In this document: positions 29,741 through 38,694 of the stretch, one piece after another
Position numbering within the stretch: the first letter of the stretch is position 1
How the letters are laid out: each line of letters opens with the position of its first letter
The notes under the pieces: generated by a model
The model's database searches: none
The model's input: the letters and a program-made list of their open reading frames with translations, nothing else
What the model was told of the DNA's origin: nothing
Origin: Candidatus Anderseniibacteriota bacterium
GTDB taxonomy: Bacteria > Patescibacteriota > JAUYIX01
Direction of reading: 5' to 3'
Length of the DNA stretch: 64,000 nt
NCBI GenBank assembly: GCA_046350855.1
Contig: JAXLZM010000002.1
Span: 14,103 to 78,102 of the forward strand
Program-made: the position numbers and the translations under genes

Positions 29741-30883
29741 GTGCAGCTGCGGTACCTTAGTCTGGAGCGGTTCCGCACCTACCAACACACGCGTGTTGCG
29801 TTTACTGCTACGGTGAGCGTGCTCGTGGGGCGTAATGCGGCGGGTAAGAGTAATCTTCTTGAGGCCCTCATGCTCCTCAGTACCACGCGCTCGCTGCGGG
29901 CTCGGGTAGAGTCGCAGTTGATCGCGCGCGGCTCGGATTCGGCGCGCATCGAGGCGGGCCTGACCCTCGAAGGCCGCGCCCAAGAACTCCTCTGTTTCCT
30001 GGACGCCCGTTCTGGCAGAACCAAAAAACTCTGGCGACTCCAAGGTGCTCCCAAAACCAGTCGTGCCGTAGTGGGACTCCTCACAACCTGCCTTTTTAAG
30101 CCCGAAGACGTCGATACCTTACAAAAAAGTAGTGCCGCTCGTCGCGCTGTCTTGGACCAGTTGCTCGTGGTGCGTAATCCCGAATTCTTTATGACTCTGC
30201 AGCGTTTGCGCGGTACGCTCCTGCAGCGCCAGCGTCTGTTGGAGCAGGCTCGGGCGGGACAGCGCGATGGTCTCGATGCCTATGACGAACCTCTCGTCCA
30301 AGACGGCGCACGTGTGTCCTTGGCACGTGCTCGTCTCGTTGCCACCCTAACCGAGCAGTTTGCTGAGTCTGTACGAGCCATCTCAGGTGCGAGCAAGACG
30401 ACACAAGCTGCCCTCACCCTGACCACTCCCGCCACCAATACCCTCCCCACCACACTAGAACAATGGATCGCCCTCTACCGTAGTCAAATTGCTGCCCTCC
30501 GTGAGCGCGAAGTTGCGGCCGCCCGTAACCTGGTTGGTCCACACCGCGAGGATCTTGTTTTGACGGTTAATACTATTGCGCTCCGAGAGTACGGTTCGCG
30601 TGGGGAGTGGCGCAGTGCCGTTTTGGGATTGCTCCTGGCCTCATGTACCTATCTCGAGCAGCTCACTGGTGAGCGCCCGCTCCTGCTTCTTGACGATGTG
30701 TTTTCTGAACTCGATCCGGCCCGGCGCGCCGCCCTCCTGCCGTACCTTACCCAACAGCAAACCCTCATTACTACCGCTGATGTAGGTGAGGTTCCCCCAG
30801 AACTGTTGCAACAAGCGCAACTCTTTACCATCGCGGATGGCACCATCACGCCCAAAGCTAAAACCCATGCGTTCGCTGCGTGA
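29741..30883 (+). CDS. recF: DNA replication/repair protein RecF
   Basis: GRNAAGKSNLLEA, GPHREDL, GSRGEWR, LLLDDVFSELD. Confidence 0.96.
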   Translation: MQLRYLSLERFRTYQHTRVAFTATVSVLVGRNAAGKSNLLEALMLLSTTRSLRARVESQLIARGSDSARIEAGLTLEGRAQELLCFLDARSGRTKKLWRLQGAPKTSRAVVGLLTTCLFKPEDVDTLQKSSAARRAVLDQLLVVRNPEFFMTLQRLRGTLLQRQRLLEQARAGQRDGLDAYDEPLVQDGARVSLARARLVATLTEQFAESVRAISGASKTTQAALTLTTPATNTLPTTLEQWIALYRSQIAALREREVAAARNLVGPHREDLVLTVNTIALREYGSRGEWRSAVLGLLLASCTYLEQLTGERPLLLLDDVFSELDPARRAALLPYLTQQQTLITTADVGEVPPELLQQAQLFTIADGTITPKAKTHAFAA

Positions 30884-31169
30884 AGACATTCAATTTTTGG
30901 CCCGGCGCTACGGACTTCGTCAGGGGGTTGAGGCTGCGGCCGTGCTCAAAGCTGCCCGACAGGTTCTGCCCCAAGTGTTACCGCGTCTGGTCCAAGAAGA
31001 AGCTCGCGTAGAAGCCTATCGTGACGGCACCCTCTTTATCACCGCACCCAGTGGGCCGGCCGTCGCGACGGTCTTTGGGTACCGCCAACCACTCTTGCAA
31101 GCCCTCAAAATAAAACTCGGCCGCGCAATGGTGGCCAAGGTTGTGGTTCGGCCACGTTTGGCGGCCTGA
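30867..31169 (+). CDS. DciA/DUF721-like helicase loader
   Basis: ~100 aa after recF, YRDGTLFITAPSG pattern; typical synteny. Confidence 0.65.
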   Translation: MRSLREDIQFLARRYGLRQGVEAAAVLKAARQVLPQVLPRLVQEEARVEAYRDGTLFITAPSGPAVATVFGYRQPLLQALKIKLGRAMVAKVVVRPRLAA

Positions 31170-31180
31170 GACGAGACGGG

Positions 31181-31528
31181 TTAATAGCGCTCTAACTCTT
31201 GCAAGCGCACCACAAAGAGGGTTGTGCCCCCTAAGGTCAGCCGGGCCGCCCCGACCGGTACGTCCACCTGTCCGGTTTCTTGGCCGAGCGAACTGATATC
31301 TGTACCACTCACCAAAGCACTCCGTTCTTTGCCGGCCGAACCCAAAATCTTTTTGAGATCCGCTAAGCGTTTTTCGTTGGGGAGACCGATAAGCAACGTC
31401 GCACTACGCTTACGCAAAAAACCACCCGAAGATCCCAGACGCGTAAAGACAAACTCTTGGGCGACCAGTCGCTTACGGACGGCGCCCTCGCGCGTGTGAT
31501 CTACAATTGCGATCGCTAAGAGGGCCAT
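31181..31528 (-). CDS. PII-like c-di-AMP receptor (DarA/PstA family)
   Basis: LLAIAIV, TRLGSSGGFLRKRSATLLIG, GGTTLFVV match the DarA/PstA pattern T.L.(S/T)GGFL..GNTT..IG. Confidence 0.8.
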   Translation of the reverse strand: MALLAIAIVDHTREGAVRKRLVAQEFVFTRLGSSGGFLRKRSATLLIGLPNEKRLADLKKILGSAGKERSALVSGTDISSLGQETGQVDVPVGAARLTLGGTTLFVVRLQELERY

Positions 31529-34320
31529 TACGGGATGGTAATACTTTTTTGTTTAGTACCGATGTTACCGGCGGCATCTTCTACGGTCAGGGTCACCGTG
31601 TAGGTCCCGGCGCTTGTATAGGTGTGGCTGGTAGTTTTGCCGCTGCCCGCACTGCCATCTCCAAACGTCCAGGCATACGAGACGATCCCAGTGTTATCCG
31701 TCGAGGCACTTGCATCAAACGAGGCAACCAGCGCAGCAACCGCAGAGGTAAAGCTCGCTTTAGGTTTTTGGTTATCGACCTTAATGTTGACGTCGATGGC
31801 CGTCTCAGCTTTGCCGCCGTACTTGTCGGTCACGACCGCCGAGATGGAATGAAATCCGTTAGAGACGTTAACCGGAAATGTCACGGTGTACGGCGCGGCC
31901 GTTGCGGTGCCCACGATGCCACCGTCGAGTGCAACGTCCACCACACTGACCCCCGCCAAGGCGCGTGCACTCACTACCACCGTCAACGAGGACGAGGTGA
32001 CGTTGGCGCCCGAGCTTGGCTGCGCAATCGAAATACTCGGCTGAACTTCTTTAGCACCGTACGGGCTGGTCTCTTTGGGTATGCCACCGGTCTTTTTACC
32101 CTTACTCCAGGCATTGACGGCTGCCTCCCAGTTTTTGTACTGAGGGTCCTCAGAGGGGTTGCTTGGGTAGGGTCCTTGCGGATCGTCTTTGTAGACATAG
32201 TGCAAGATGGAGTGGTACTCCACAAATTCTTTTTCTTCGACATAGTTGGCCGGTAAATCTTCGGGCGCCAACTTGCCGTCAATTTTACTGACACGCACCT
32301 TTTGTCCCTTGCCCCCAGCTTGGCCGGCCAGGATCGGCTTAGGTGCGGGGATCGGTTCTGGATCGGGATACCACTCGGCCTTGGTGTCTTTGAGCGCGGC
32401 CAGCATAAATTGGTGCTCGATTGGGGCCGCCGTAAAAGATCCATCTCCTCCCGGGAAGGGTTTGTTGTCGTTGTTACCGACCCACACGCCGACCGCCAGC
32501 TGCGGTACGTAGCACATGGTCAAGCCGTCGGTGTTGTTCTCGGTCGTTCCGGTTTTACAGGCGATTTTGCGATCGGGCAACGTCAACGGACCACCCGAAC
32601 CAAAAATCGGCGCGCGTGCGGCATCATCCGAGAGCACGTTGCTCATAGTCAACGCCACGTTGCGGTCGAGGACTTGTTCACCCTGGGGTTGTTTAAACTC
32701 ATCCAAGACCTTGCCACTGGGGTCCTCAACTTTGAGCCAGAGCGCTCGGGGAACACGCTTACCTTGGTTGGCAAAAACGCCAAAGGCGGCCGTGTGATCG
32801 ATTAGCTTAACTTCACCAGCACCCAGTCCAACCGCCAAGCCGTACTGTGACTTGTCTTGCAAATCTGTAATGCCCATTTTGTGGACCTGGTCGATCACAT
32901 TCTCCACGCCAGCTAAGTACATAGTTTGCACGGCCGGAATGTTGAGCGACATTTGCAAGCTCGAGCGCATGGTCAGAGGCCCGCGCTGGCCCTTGTCATA
33001 GTCCTCAGGTTTGTAATTGCCGCCAAAATCCGTGCGCACATCAAACAAAATCGTGCTAGGTGGGTAGCCTTTAGCAAAGGCGGCCGAGTATTCGTACGGC
33101 TTAAAGGACGAACCCGGCTGTTGCAAGGTGCGCGTCACATCCACCGATCCGTCGATCGAGTCATTAAAGTAATCCTTAGAACCCACGTGGGCCATGACTT
33201 GACCACTGCGTGGATCGATGGCGGTCAGGGCGGCGTTTTCTACTCCGTACTGGGCGAGATTACGGGCGGCGCCATCTTTGACGGCCTGTTCTGCCGCTTT
33301 TTGCATATCCAAATCCAAGGTGGTCGTCACGCGTAAGCCTCCACGTTCCACGACCTGCTCGCCGTACTGCTCGATCAGCGCGTCCTTAACCCAAAAGACA
33401 AAGTGAGGTGCTTTGATCTCGATATTGACCTCTTCAAACGTTAGTTTGACCGCCTTGGCTTTGTCAGCCTCGTCCTGACTAATAAAACCGAGCTTTGCCA
33501 TGCGATCCAAAATGTAATCTTTACGGTCTAAGAGCTGGTCCTTGTTGGGGCCGTAAGGGGAGAGCGAACTTGGGCGCTGCGGGAGTGCTGCTAGGGTGGC
33601 CGACTCAGCCAAGCTCAAGTCCTTGGCATCTTTATTAAAGTAGGTTTGCGCGGCCGCCTCGATCCCGTAGGCGTTGGAGCCGTAGGGAATCTCGTTGAGG
33701 TAGAGGTGTAAAATTTCGTCCTTGGTAAAGCGGCTCTCGATCTCGATCGCCAAGATGACCTCTTTAATTTTGCGGGAGAGGGTGTGCTCGTCGGTCAGGA
33801 TGGCGTTTTTAACGAGTTGCTGTGTGATGGTCGAACCACCCTCGCTCGATTTACCGGTGACGTTGCGGAAGAGGGCTCGCAGAATACCTTTAAAGTCCAC
33901 GCCGTGGTGGTGGTAAAAGTCCGCGTCCTCTACTGCCACCGTGGCTTTTTTGACCGAGTCCGGAATTTGGTCAAAGGGGATGCTGGTGCGGCGCTCCTCA
34001 TCGTAAATTTCGTAGAGAATAGTTTTGCCGTCGCGGGCATAAATTTTGGTCGACTCGGTCGCGGCGCGATTTTTGAGCTCGGTGCCGTTGGGGAGGTCTT
34101 TAGTAAAATAGGCAAAGAGGCTGCCGATCGTCACGATTCCAAGGACGACGATGGCTACTCCAATTTTGAGCGCCAAGCGCTTCCACTCCTGTTTTTTGTT
34201 GGCCCGACGGGAACGCTTACGAGCAATGTGGGTCGCGACGGTACGCTCGCGCTCACGCCGCGCTTGGCGCGAGGCGTGTAGATGCCCGTTTCGACTAAAG
34301 CGACGAAAGGCTGCTACCAT
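31528..34320 (-). CDS. Class A penicillin-binding protein with C-terminal Ig-like and PKD domains
   Basis: EDADFYHHHG, GGSTITQQLVKN, RKIKE; SSFK, SLN, KTG; WTFGDG...HTYTSAGTYTVTLTV. Confidence 0.95.
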   Translation of the reverse strand: MVAAFRRFSRNGHLHASRQARRERERTVATHIARKRSRRANKKQEWKRLALKIGVAIVVLGIVTIGSLFAYFTKDLPNGTELKNRAATESTKIYARDGKTILYEIYDEERRTSIPFDQIPDSVKKATVAVEDADFYHHHGVDFKGILRALFRNVTGKSSEGGSTITQQLVKNAILTDEHTLSRKIKEVILAIEIESRFTKDEILHLYLNEIPYGSNAYGIEAAAQTYFNKDAKDLSLAESATLAALPQRPSSLSPYGPNKDQLLDRKDYILDRMAKLGFISQDEADKAKAVKLTFEEVNIEIKAPHFVFWVKDALIEQYGEQVVERGGLRVTTTLDLDMQKAAEQAVKDGAARNLAQYGVENAALTAIDPRSGQVMAHVGSKDYFNDSIDGSVDVTRTLQQPGSSFKPYEYSAAFAKGYPPSTILFDVRTDFGGNYKPEDYDKGQRGPLTMRSSLQMSLNIPAVQTMYLAGVENVIDQVHKMGITDLQDKSQYGLAVGLGAGEVKLIDHTAAFGVFANQGKRVPRALWLKVEDPSGKVLDEFKQPQGEQVLDRNVALTMSNVLSDDAARAPIFGSGGPLTLPDRKIACKTGTTENNTDGLTMCYVPQLAVGVWVGNNDNKPFPGGDGSFTAAPIEHQFMLAALKDTKAEWYPDPEPIPAPKPILAGQAGGKGQKVRVSKIDGKLAPEDLPANYVEEKEFVEYHSILHYVYKDDPQGPYPSNPSEDPQYKNWEAAVNAWSKGKKTGGIPKETSPYGAKEVQPSISIAQPSSGANVTSSSLTVVVSARALAGVSVVDVALDGGIVGTATAAPYTVTFPVNVSNGFHSISAVVTDKYGGKAETAIDVNIKVDNQKPKASFTSAVAALVASFDASASTDNTGIVSYAWTFGDGSAGSGKTTSHTYTSAGTYTVTLTVEDAAGNIGTKQKSITIP

Positions 34321-34402
34321 GGGTTTCTATCCGCAATACTCTGCCACGGCCAAGGCCCTGTGTCAAGGACCGGCGGCTCCACAAAAGCAGTACAATCATC
34401 CT

Positions 34403-35131
34403 ATGTCCGGGCACTCCAAATGGGCCACCACTAAGCGCCAAAAAGCCGTTGTCGACGCTAAGCGCGGCAAGGTTTTTACCAAGTTAGCTAACGCCATCGC
34501 GCTGGCGGCCCGCCAAGGTGGGGGCGACCCGGCCGCCAACCCCAACTTACGTCTCTTGGTCGATAAGGCACGTGAGGCCAACATGCCGGGGGCCAACGTT
34601 GAGCGCGCCATCAAGCGCGGCACGGGACAGCTCGAGGGGGTTACCTTTGAGGAGTTCACCTACGAGGCGGCCGGTCCGGGTGGCAGTGCATTTATTATTG
34701 AGGGCGTGACCGATAAAAAAACCCGCACGGTTGCGGATGTCCGACAGCTCCTCACCCACCACGGTGCAAAACTGGCCGCCGCGGGTAGTCAGCTCTGGCA
34801 GTTCCAACGTCTGGGGCGCTTGCAAGTACCCCTCGCAGCAGACCAATCTGCAACGATGCAACTCGAGCAAATACAACTCGAGATGATTGAACTTGGCGCG
34901 CAAGACGTGCAGACCCAAGCGGGCGGATTGCTGGTGTATGTTCAGCCGGGTCAACTGGGAGCTATGCGCCAAAAACTGAGCGCCAAAGGGTTTACCGCGA
35001 GCGAAGCCAGTTTGGTTTTTGTACCGACCAATCGGATCGCCTTGCCGGAGGCTGAACATACACGTGCGCAGGAGATCTTGACTGCACTAGAAAATCACGA
35101 CGACGTTCAGCAAGTTGCGGTAAACTTTTAG
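34403..35131 (+). CDS. yebC: YebC/PmpR family protein
   Basis: MSGHSKWATTKRQK, GGGDPAANPNLR, NVERAIKRG, LENHDDVQQV. Confidence 0.96.
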   Translation: MSGHSKWATTKRQKAVVDAKRGKVFTKLANAIALAARQGGGDPAANPNLRLLVDKAREANMPGANVERAIKRGTGQLEGVTFEEFTYEAAGPGGSAFIIEGVTDKKTRTVADVRQLLTHHGAKLAAAGSQLWQFQRLGRLQVPLAADQSATMQLEQIQLEMIELGAQDVQTQAGGLLVYVQPGQLGAMRQKLSAKGFTASEASLVFVPTNRIALPEAEHTRAQEILTALENHDDVQQVAVNF

Positions 35132-35133
35132 CC

Positions 35134-35604
35134 ATGGTGGTGATAGGCATTGACCCAGGGATCGAGCGTACTGGCTACGCGGTTGTTGAGATTGATGGAC
35201 ACGCGGTGCGTGCTCTCGAGTACGGCTGCATTTCTACCACCGCACACATGCCGATGGGTCAACGCTTGGCTGAACTCCGACAGGATCTAACCCAGGTGCT
35301 CACTACACACAAACCGGTCGCGGCCGTGATCGAACGACTCGTCTTTGTACACAATGCGACCAGTGCGCTGGCCGTCGGGCAAGCGCGCGGGGTGATTATG
35401 TTGACGCTGCACGAGCACGGACTGACCGTCCGCGAGTACTCGCCGACCGAGGTAAAACGTGCCGTGACCAGTAATGGCGCTGCGGATAAGCAGGCGGTCG
35501 GACAAGCCGTTAGGCTCATCTTTGGTCTGGAGCGCGTTCCCACGCCAGATGACGCAGCTGACGCTTTGGCCCTCGCCGTGTGCCATGCCGGACAGGTACA
35601 ATAA
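35134..35604 (+). CDS. ruvC: Holliday junction resolvase RuvC
   Basis: GIDPG, GQARG, YSPTEVK, PDDAADALA. Confidence 0.97.
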   Translation: MVVIGIDPGIERTGYAVVEIDGHAVRALEYGCISTTAHMPMGQRLAELRQDLTQVLTTHKPVAAVIERLVFVHNATSALAVGQARGVIMLTLHEHGLTVREYSPTEVKRAVTSNGAADKQAVGQAVRLIFGLERVPTPDDAADALALAVCHAGQVQ

Positions 35605-35612
35605 GGAGACCC

Positions 35613-37160
35613 ATGAAGCTTCGCTCGTTTACCTTGGCCACACTACTCCTACTGCTGACATTCACTCTGTCGGTCGGTCTGCCACTTACGGTCTTGGCCC
35701 AAGCAGCACAGCCGACCACGCCGACCCCCACTCCCGAGCTCAAAGCTAACGCGGGTCCCGATCGTGAGGGTCTCGTCGATCAAGAGTTGGACTTTGATGC
35801 CGTCCTCGAAAATCTGCCCGAGGGCACCAAGGCAACGTTTGCTTGGAGCTTTGGTGATCAAACTGGTCAAGCGCAGGGCGATCGCGTCCGCCACACTTAC
35901 CATGACATTGGTCGTTACAAGGTGACCCTCACTGCCACGACTCCGACGGCGACCGTGAGCGACAGTGCGGTCGTGACGATTTATGAGCGCAGTTTGATCG
36001 TGATCACCGATACGGCTACCGACGCCAACCAAGAGAGTGAACTCAAGCGTCAAGCCGATCGCTCCGATACACAGCTCATTATCCTAGCGGACCGCGCAGG
36101 CAGCACCGATTTTGTGCGGCAAGATAATTTGTCGCGTATGTTGCTCGATCGCGCGGCCGATCTGCGTCGGGCGGACGCCTTGATCGACTGGACTACAGGA
36201 GACACCGGTCTCAACGCCCTCACCAAATTTGCGCAGCAGGTTCCCAATCTGCAGGACCTACGTCTGAGTGACAAGCCGATCATTAGTTTGGCGGCGCCCT
36301 TCTCGGTTATCTCGCGCATCGCGCAAAGTACCTTTGATATTCTCAAGCCCAAGTACATTTTGTTGACCAGTTCTACCGCGCTGGATGCGGTGATCGAGGC
36401 CGCTAGCTCCGATCAGATCCTCAACCGCGTCCAACAGACCGGTAACGAGTATCGCTTGATCGGGACTTTTTCTGAGCGAGCTATCTCGGATCTGACCCCG
36501 CTCAACCTCATGTCTTTTTTGGTCAACTTTATGATCAACAAGGGTGTGCCGGTTAATACTATCGTGCTGATCCTGATGTTGCCGATCATTGCGACGATCT
36601 TTGCCTTTGCCCGCCAGATCGTGGGACTGCGCGCTTTTGGTATTTACATCCCGACCATCGTGACCCTCTCTTTTTTGGCGCTCGGTCTGACCTACGGTTT
36701 GACCGTCTTTTTTGTGGTGTTGGCAGTGGGAACACTCTTTAGAGTGCTCTTGCGGCGCATTCGTCTGGCCTACGTGCCGCGTCTTGCTATCGTGCTCACG
36801 ACCATCGCCTTTGCGATTTTGGGATTGCTTGCAGTCGGCGCCTACACCAACCAGACCACCTTTGTGGCGCTAGCGATCTTCCCAATTTTGATCATGGTGG
36901 CTTTGGCAGAACAATTTGTCTCAGCCCAGATCGAGCAAGGGTTTAGTGCCGCGGTCCTCTTGACCGTCGAGACCTTGGTGCTCTCGATCGCGACCTACTA
37001 CTTAGTCAGTTGGGATCCGTTCCAGAGTTTGATTTTGGCTTACCCCGAGTTGATTCTGCTCACCTTTATCATCAACATTTTGCTCGGGCGTTGGACCGGG
37101 CTGCGACTTATGGAGTACTACCGGTTCCGCCAAGTCCGTCGCTTTGCTAAGTTGCCCTAA
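35613..37160 (+). CDS. PKD domain + 7TM (transglutaminase-associated 7TM family) membrane protein
   Basis: Signal peptide, ANAGPD...WSFGD PKD; ILMLP, RQIVGLRAFGIYIP, IFPILIM, GRWTGLRLMEYYRF. Confidence 0.85.
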   Translation: MKLRSFTLATLLLLLTFTLSVGLPLTVLAQAAQPTTPTPTPELKANAGPDREGLVDQELDFDAVLENLPEGTKATFAWSFGDQTGQAQGDRVRHTYHDIGRYKVTLTATTPTATVSDSAVVTIYERSLIVITDTATDANQESELKRQADRSDTQLIILADRAGSTDFVRQDNLSRMLLDRAADLRRADALIDWTTGDTGLNALTKFAQQVPNLQDLRLSDKPIISLAAPFSVISRIAQSTFDILKPKYILLTSSTALDAVIEAASSDQILNRVQQTGNEYRLIGTFSERAISDLTPLNLMSFLVNFMINKGVPVNTIVLILMLPIIATIFAFARQIVGLRAFGIYIPTIVTLSFLALGLTYGLTVFFVVLAVGTLFRVLLRRIRLAYVPRLAIVLTTIAFAILGLLAVGAYTNQTTFVALAIFPILIMVALAEQFVSAQIEQGFSAAVLLTVETLVLSIATYYLVSWDPFQSLILAYPELILLTFIINILLGRWTGLRLMEYYRFRQVRRFAKLP

Positions 37161-37185
37161 CCTGCGGTCACGCCGCTGATTCGCC

Positions 37186-38694
37186 ATGGCCCAAAAACTC
37201 TCAATCCTCGGGATGAACGCACGCAACCTGCGTTTTTTGCGGCCCTACAACCGACGCCGAGCTGTACGTGTGGCAGATGACAAGCTGCTGACCAAGCAGG
37301 TCCTCGACCAGCACAGCATTCCCAACCAGCGGCTCTTTGCGGTCATTACCAGCTCACGGGATCTCAAGGGTTTTCGCTGGGAAAAACTACCGAGTTCGTT
37401 TGTAATCAAGCCCAACCGGGGTCTAGCCGGGGGTGGGATTATCGTAATCCGGCACAAAAAAAAGGTGCCCAAGGGTACAGAACTGACCTACATCGCCTCC
37501 GATCGCTCCGAGTGGACTATTACACAGTTGGAGGAACATATCCGCGACATTTTGGATGGCCGGTTCTCCCTGACTAACTCTCCGGACCTCGCCTTTATTG
37601 AAGAGCGGATCAAGTTACACCCCGCCTTTGAAGAATTTACCTATCGCGGCATCCCAGACATCCGCGTGGTGGTGTTTAACGGAATTCCGGTCATGGCGGC
37701 CGTGCGCTTGCCCACCGCTAAGTCTAAAGGTAAGGCTAACATTGCGCTGGGTGCCGCGTATCTCGGGATCGACTTGGCTACGGGCGCAGCCACTAACGCT
37801 GTACTCAAAAAACCGCGACGGCGCTTTATCACGCACCATCCCGACACCGGGGCCGACTTGTTGCAACTGCGCGTGCCGTACTGGGATCAGATTTTGGAGA
37901 TCGCGCTCAAATCTAGTGAGGCGAGTGGATTGCGCTACATCGGAGCGGACATCGCCCTGGACCGTGACAAAGGTCCGGTCGTAATGGAGCTTAACGCACG
38001 CCCAGGACTCGAGATCCAGTTGGCTAACCTCGCACCACTGGGTAGCCGTTTGGAACGGGTCGAGGGGATCAAGGTAGGTGACACTCAAAAAGCCATTCGT
38101 TTGGCTAAAGATCTTTTTGGGGGCGACATCGAACGTTTGGTCGAGGACCTCTCGCACCGGCACGTCTTGGGCATCGTCGAGTCGGTCGAGTTGGTCAGTC
38201 GCTCCGGACAGCGCACCAAGACCTATGCCAAGGTCGATACGGGCGCGGGCTTTACTTCGATCGACGTTGAGCTGGCCACTAAAATTGGATTCACCAAGGT
38301 ACGCTCGGTAATTAAGGAGTACAAGCTCAACCGTGTTTTGACCGGCCGCGAAGCCCGTGAACTCAGCAAGACCGCCCGCGCCAAAATCCTCAAAACCTAT
38401 ACAGAAATCGTCGGTACCGCGCTGGTGCACTCAAGCCACGGCTCGACTTTTAGATTGCTCGTCCCGATTACCTACTATTTAGCGGGGGTTAAAGTTACGA
38501 CGCGAGCCACCATCGTCGAGCGCGAGGAGCTAGACTATCCCATGATCATCGGGCGGCGTGACCTAGAGAACTTTTTGATCGACCCCACCTTGCAGCGCGA
38601 CGTAAAGCCCGAGCCAGGTAGGGCGCCCCGCGCCAGCCGCCCAGCAAAACCGCTGCCGCCAAAGTCGCCCACTCCAGCAGGTGGCCAAGGTTAG
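37186..38694 (+). CDS. Alpha-L-glutamate ligase-like ATP-grasp protein fused to retropepsin-like (RimB-like) protease
   Basis: ILGMNARN, DDKLLTK, FVIKP..G..G.GI, DIRV, ELNARPGLEIQLAN; C-terminal AKVDTGA and IIGRRDL. Confidence 0.88.
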   Translation: MAQKLSILGMNARNLRFLRPYNRRRAVRVADDKLLTKQVLDQHSIPNQRLFAVITSSRDLKGFRWEKLPSSFVIKPNRGLAGGGIIVIRHKKKVPKGTELTYIASDRSEWTITQLEEHIRDILDGRFSLTNSPDLAFIEERIKLHPAFEEFTYRGIPDIRVVVFNGIPVMAAVRLPTAKSKGKANIALGAAYLGIDLATGAATNAVLKKPRRRFITHHPDTGADLLQLRVPYWDQILEIALKSSEASGLRYIGADIALDRDKGPVVMELNARPGLEIQLANLAPLGSRLERVEGIKVGDTQKAIRLAKDLFGGDIERLVEDLSHRHVLGIVESVELVSRSGQRTKTYAKVDTGAGFTSIDVELATKIGFTKVRSVIKEYKLNRVLTGREARELSKTARAKILKTYTEIVGTALVHSSHGSTFRLLVPITYYLAGVKVTTRATIVEREELDYPMIIGRRDLENFLIDPTLQRDVKPEPGRAPRASRPAKPLPPKSPTPAGGQG

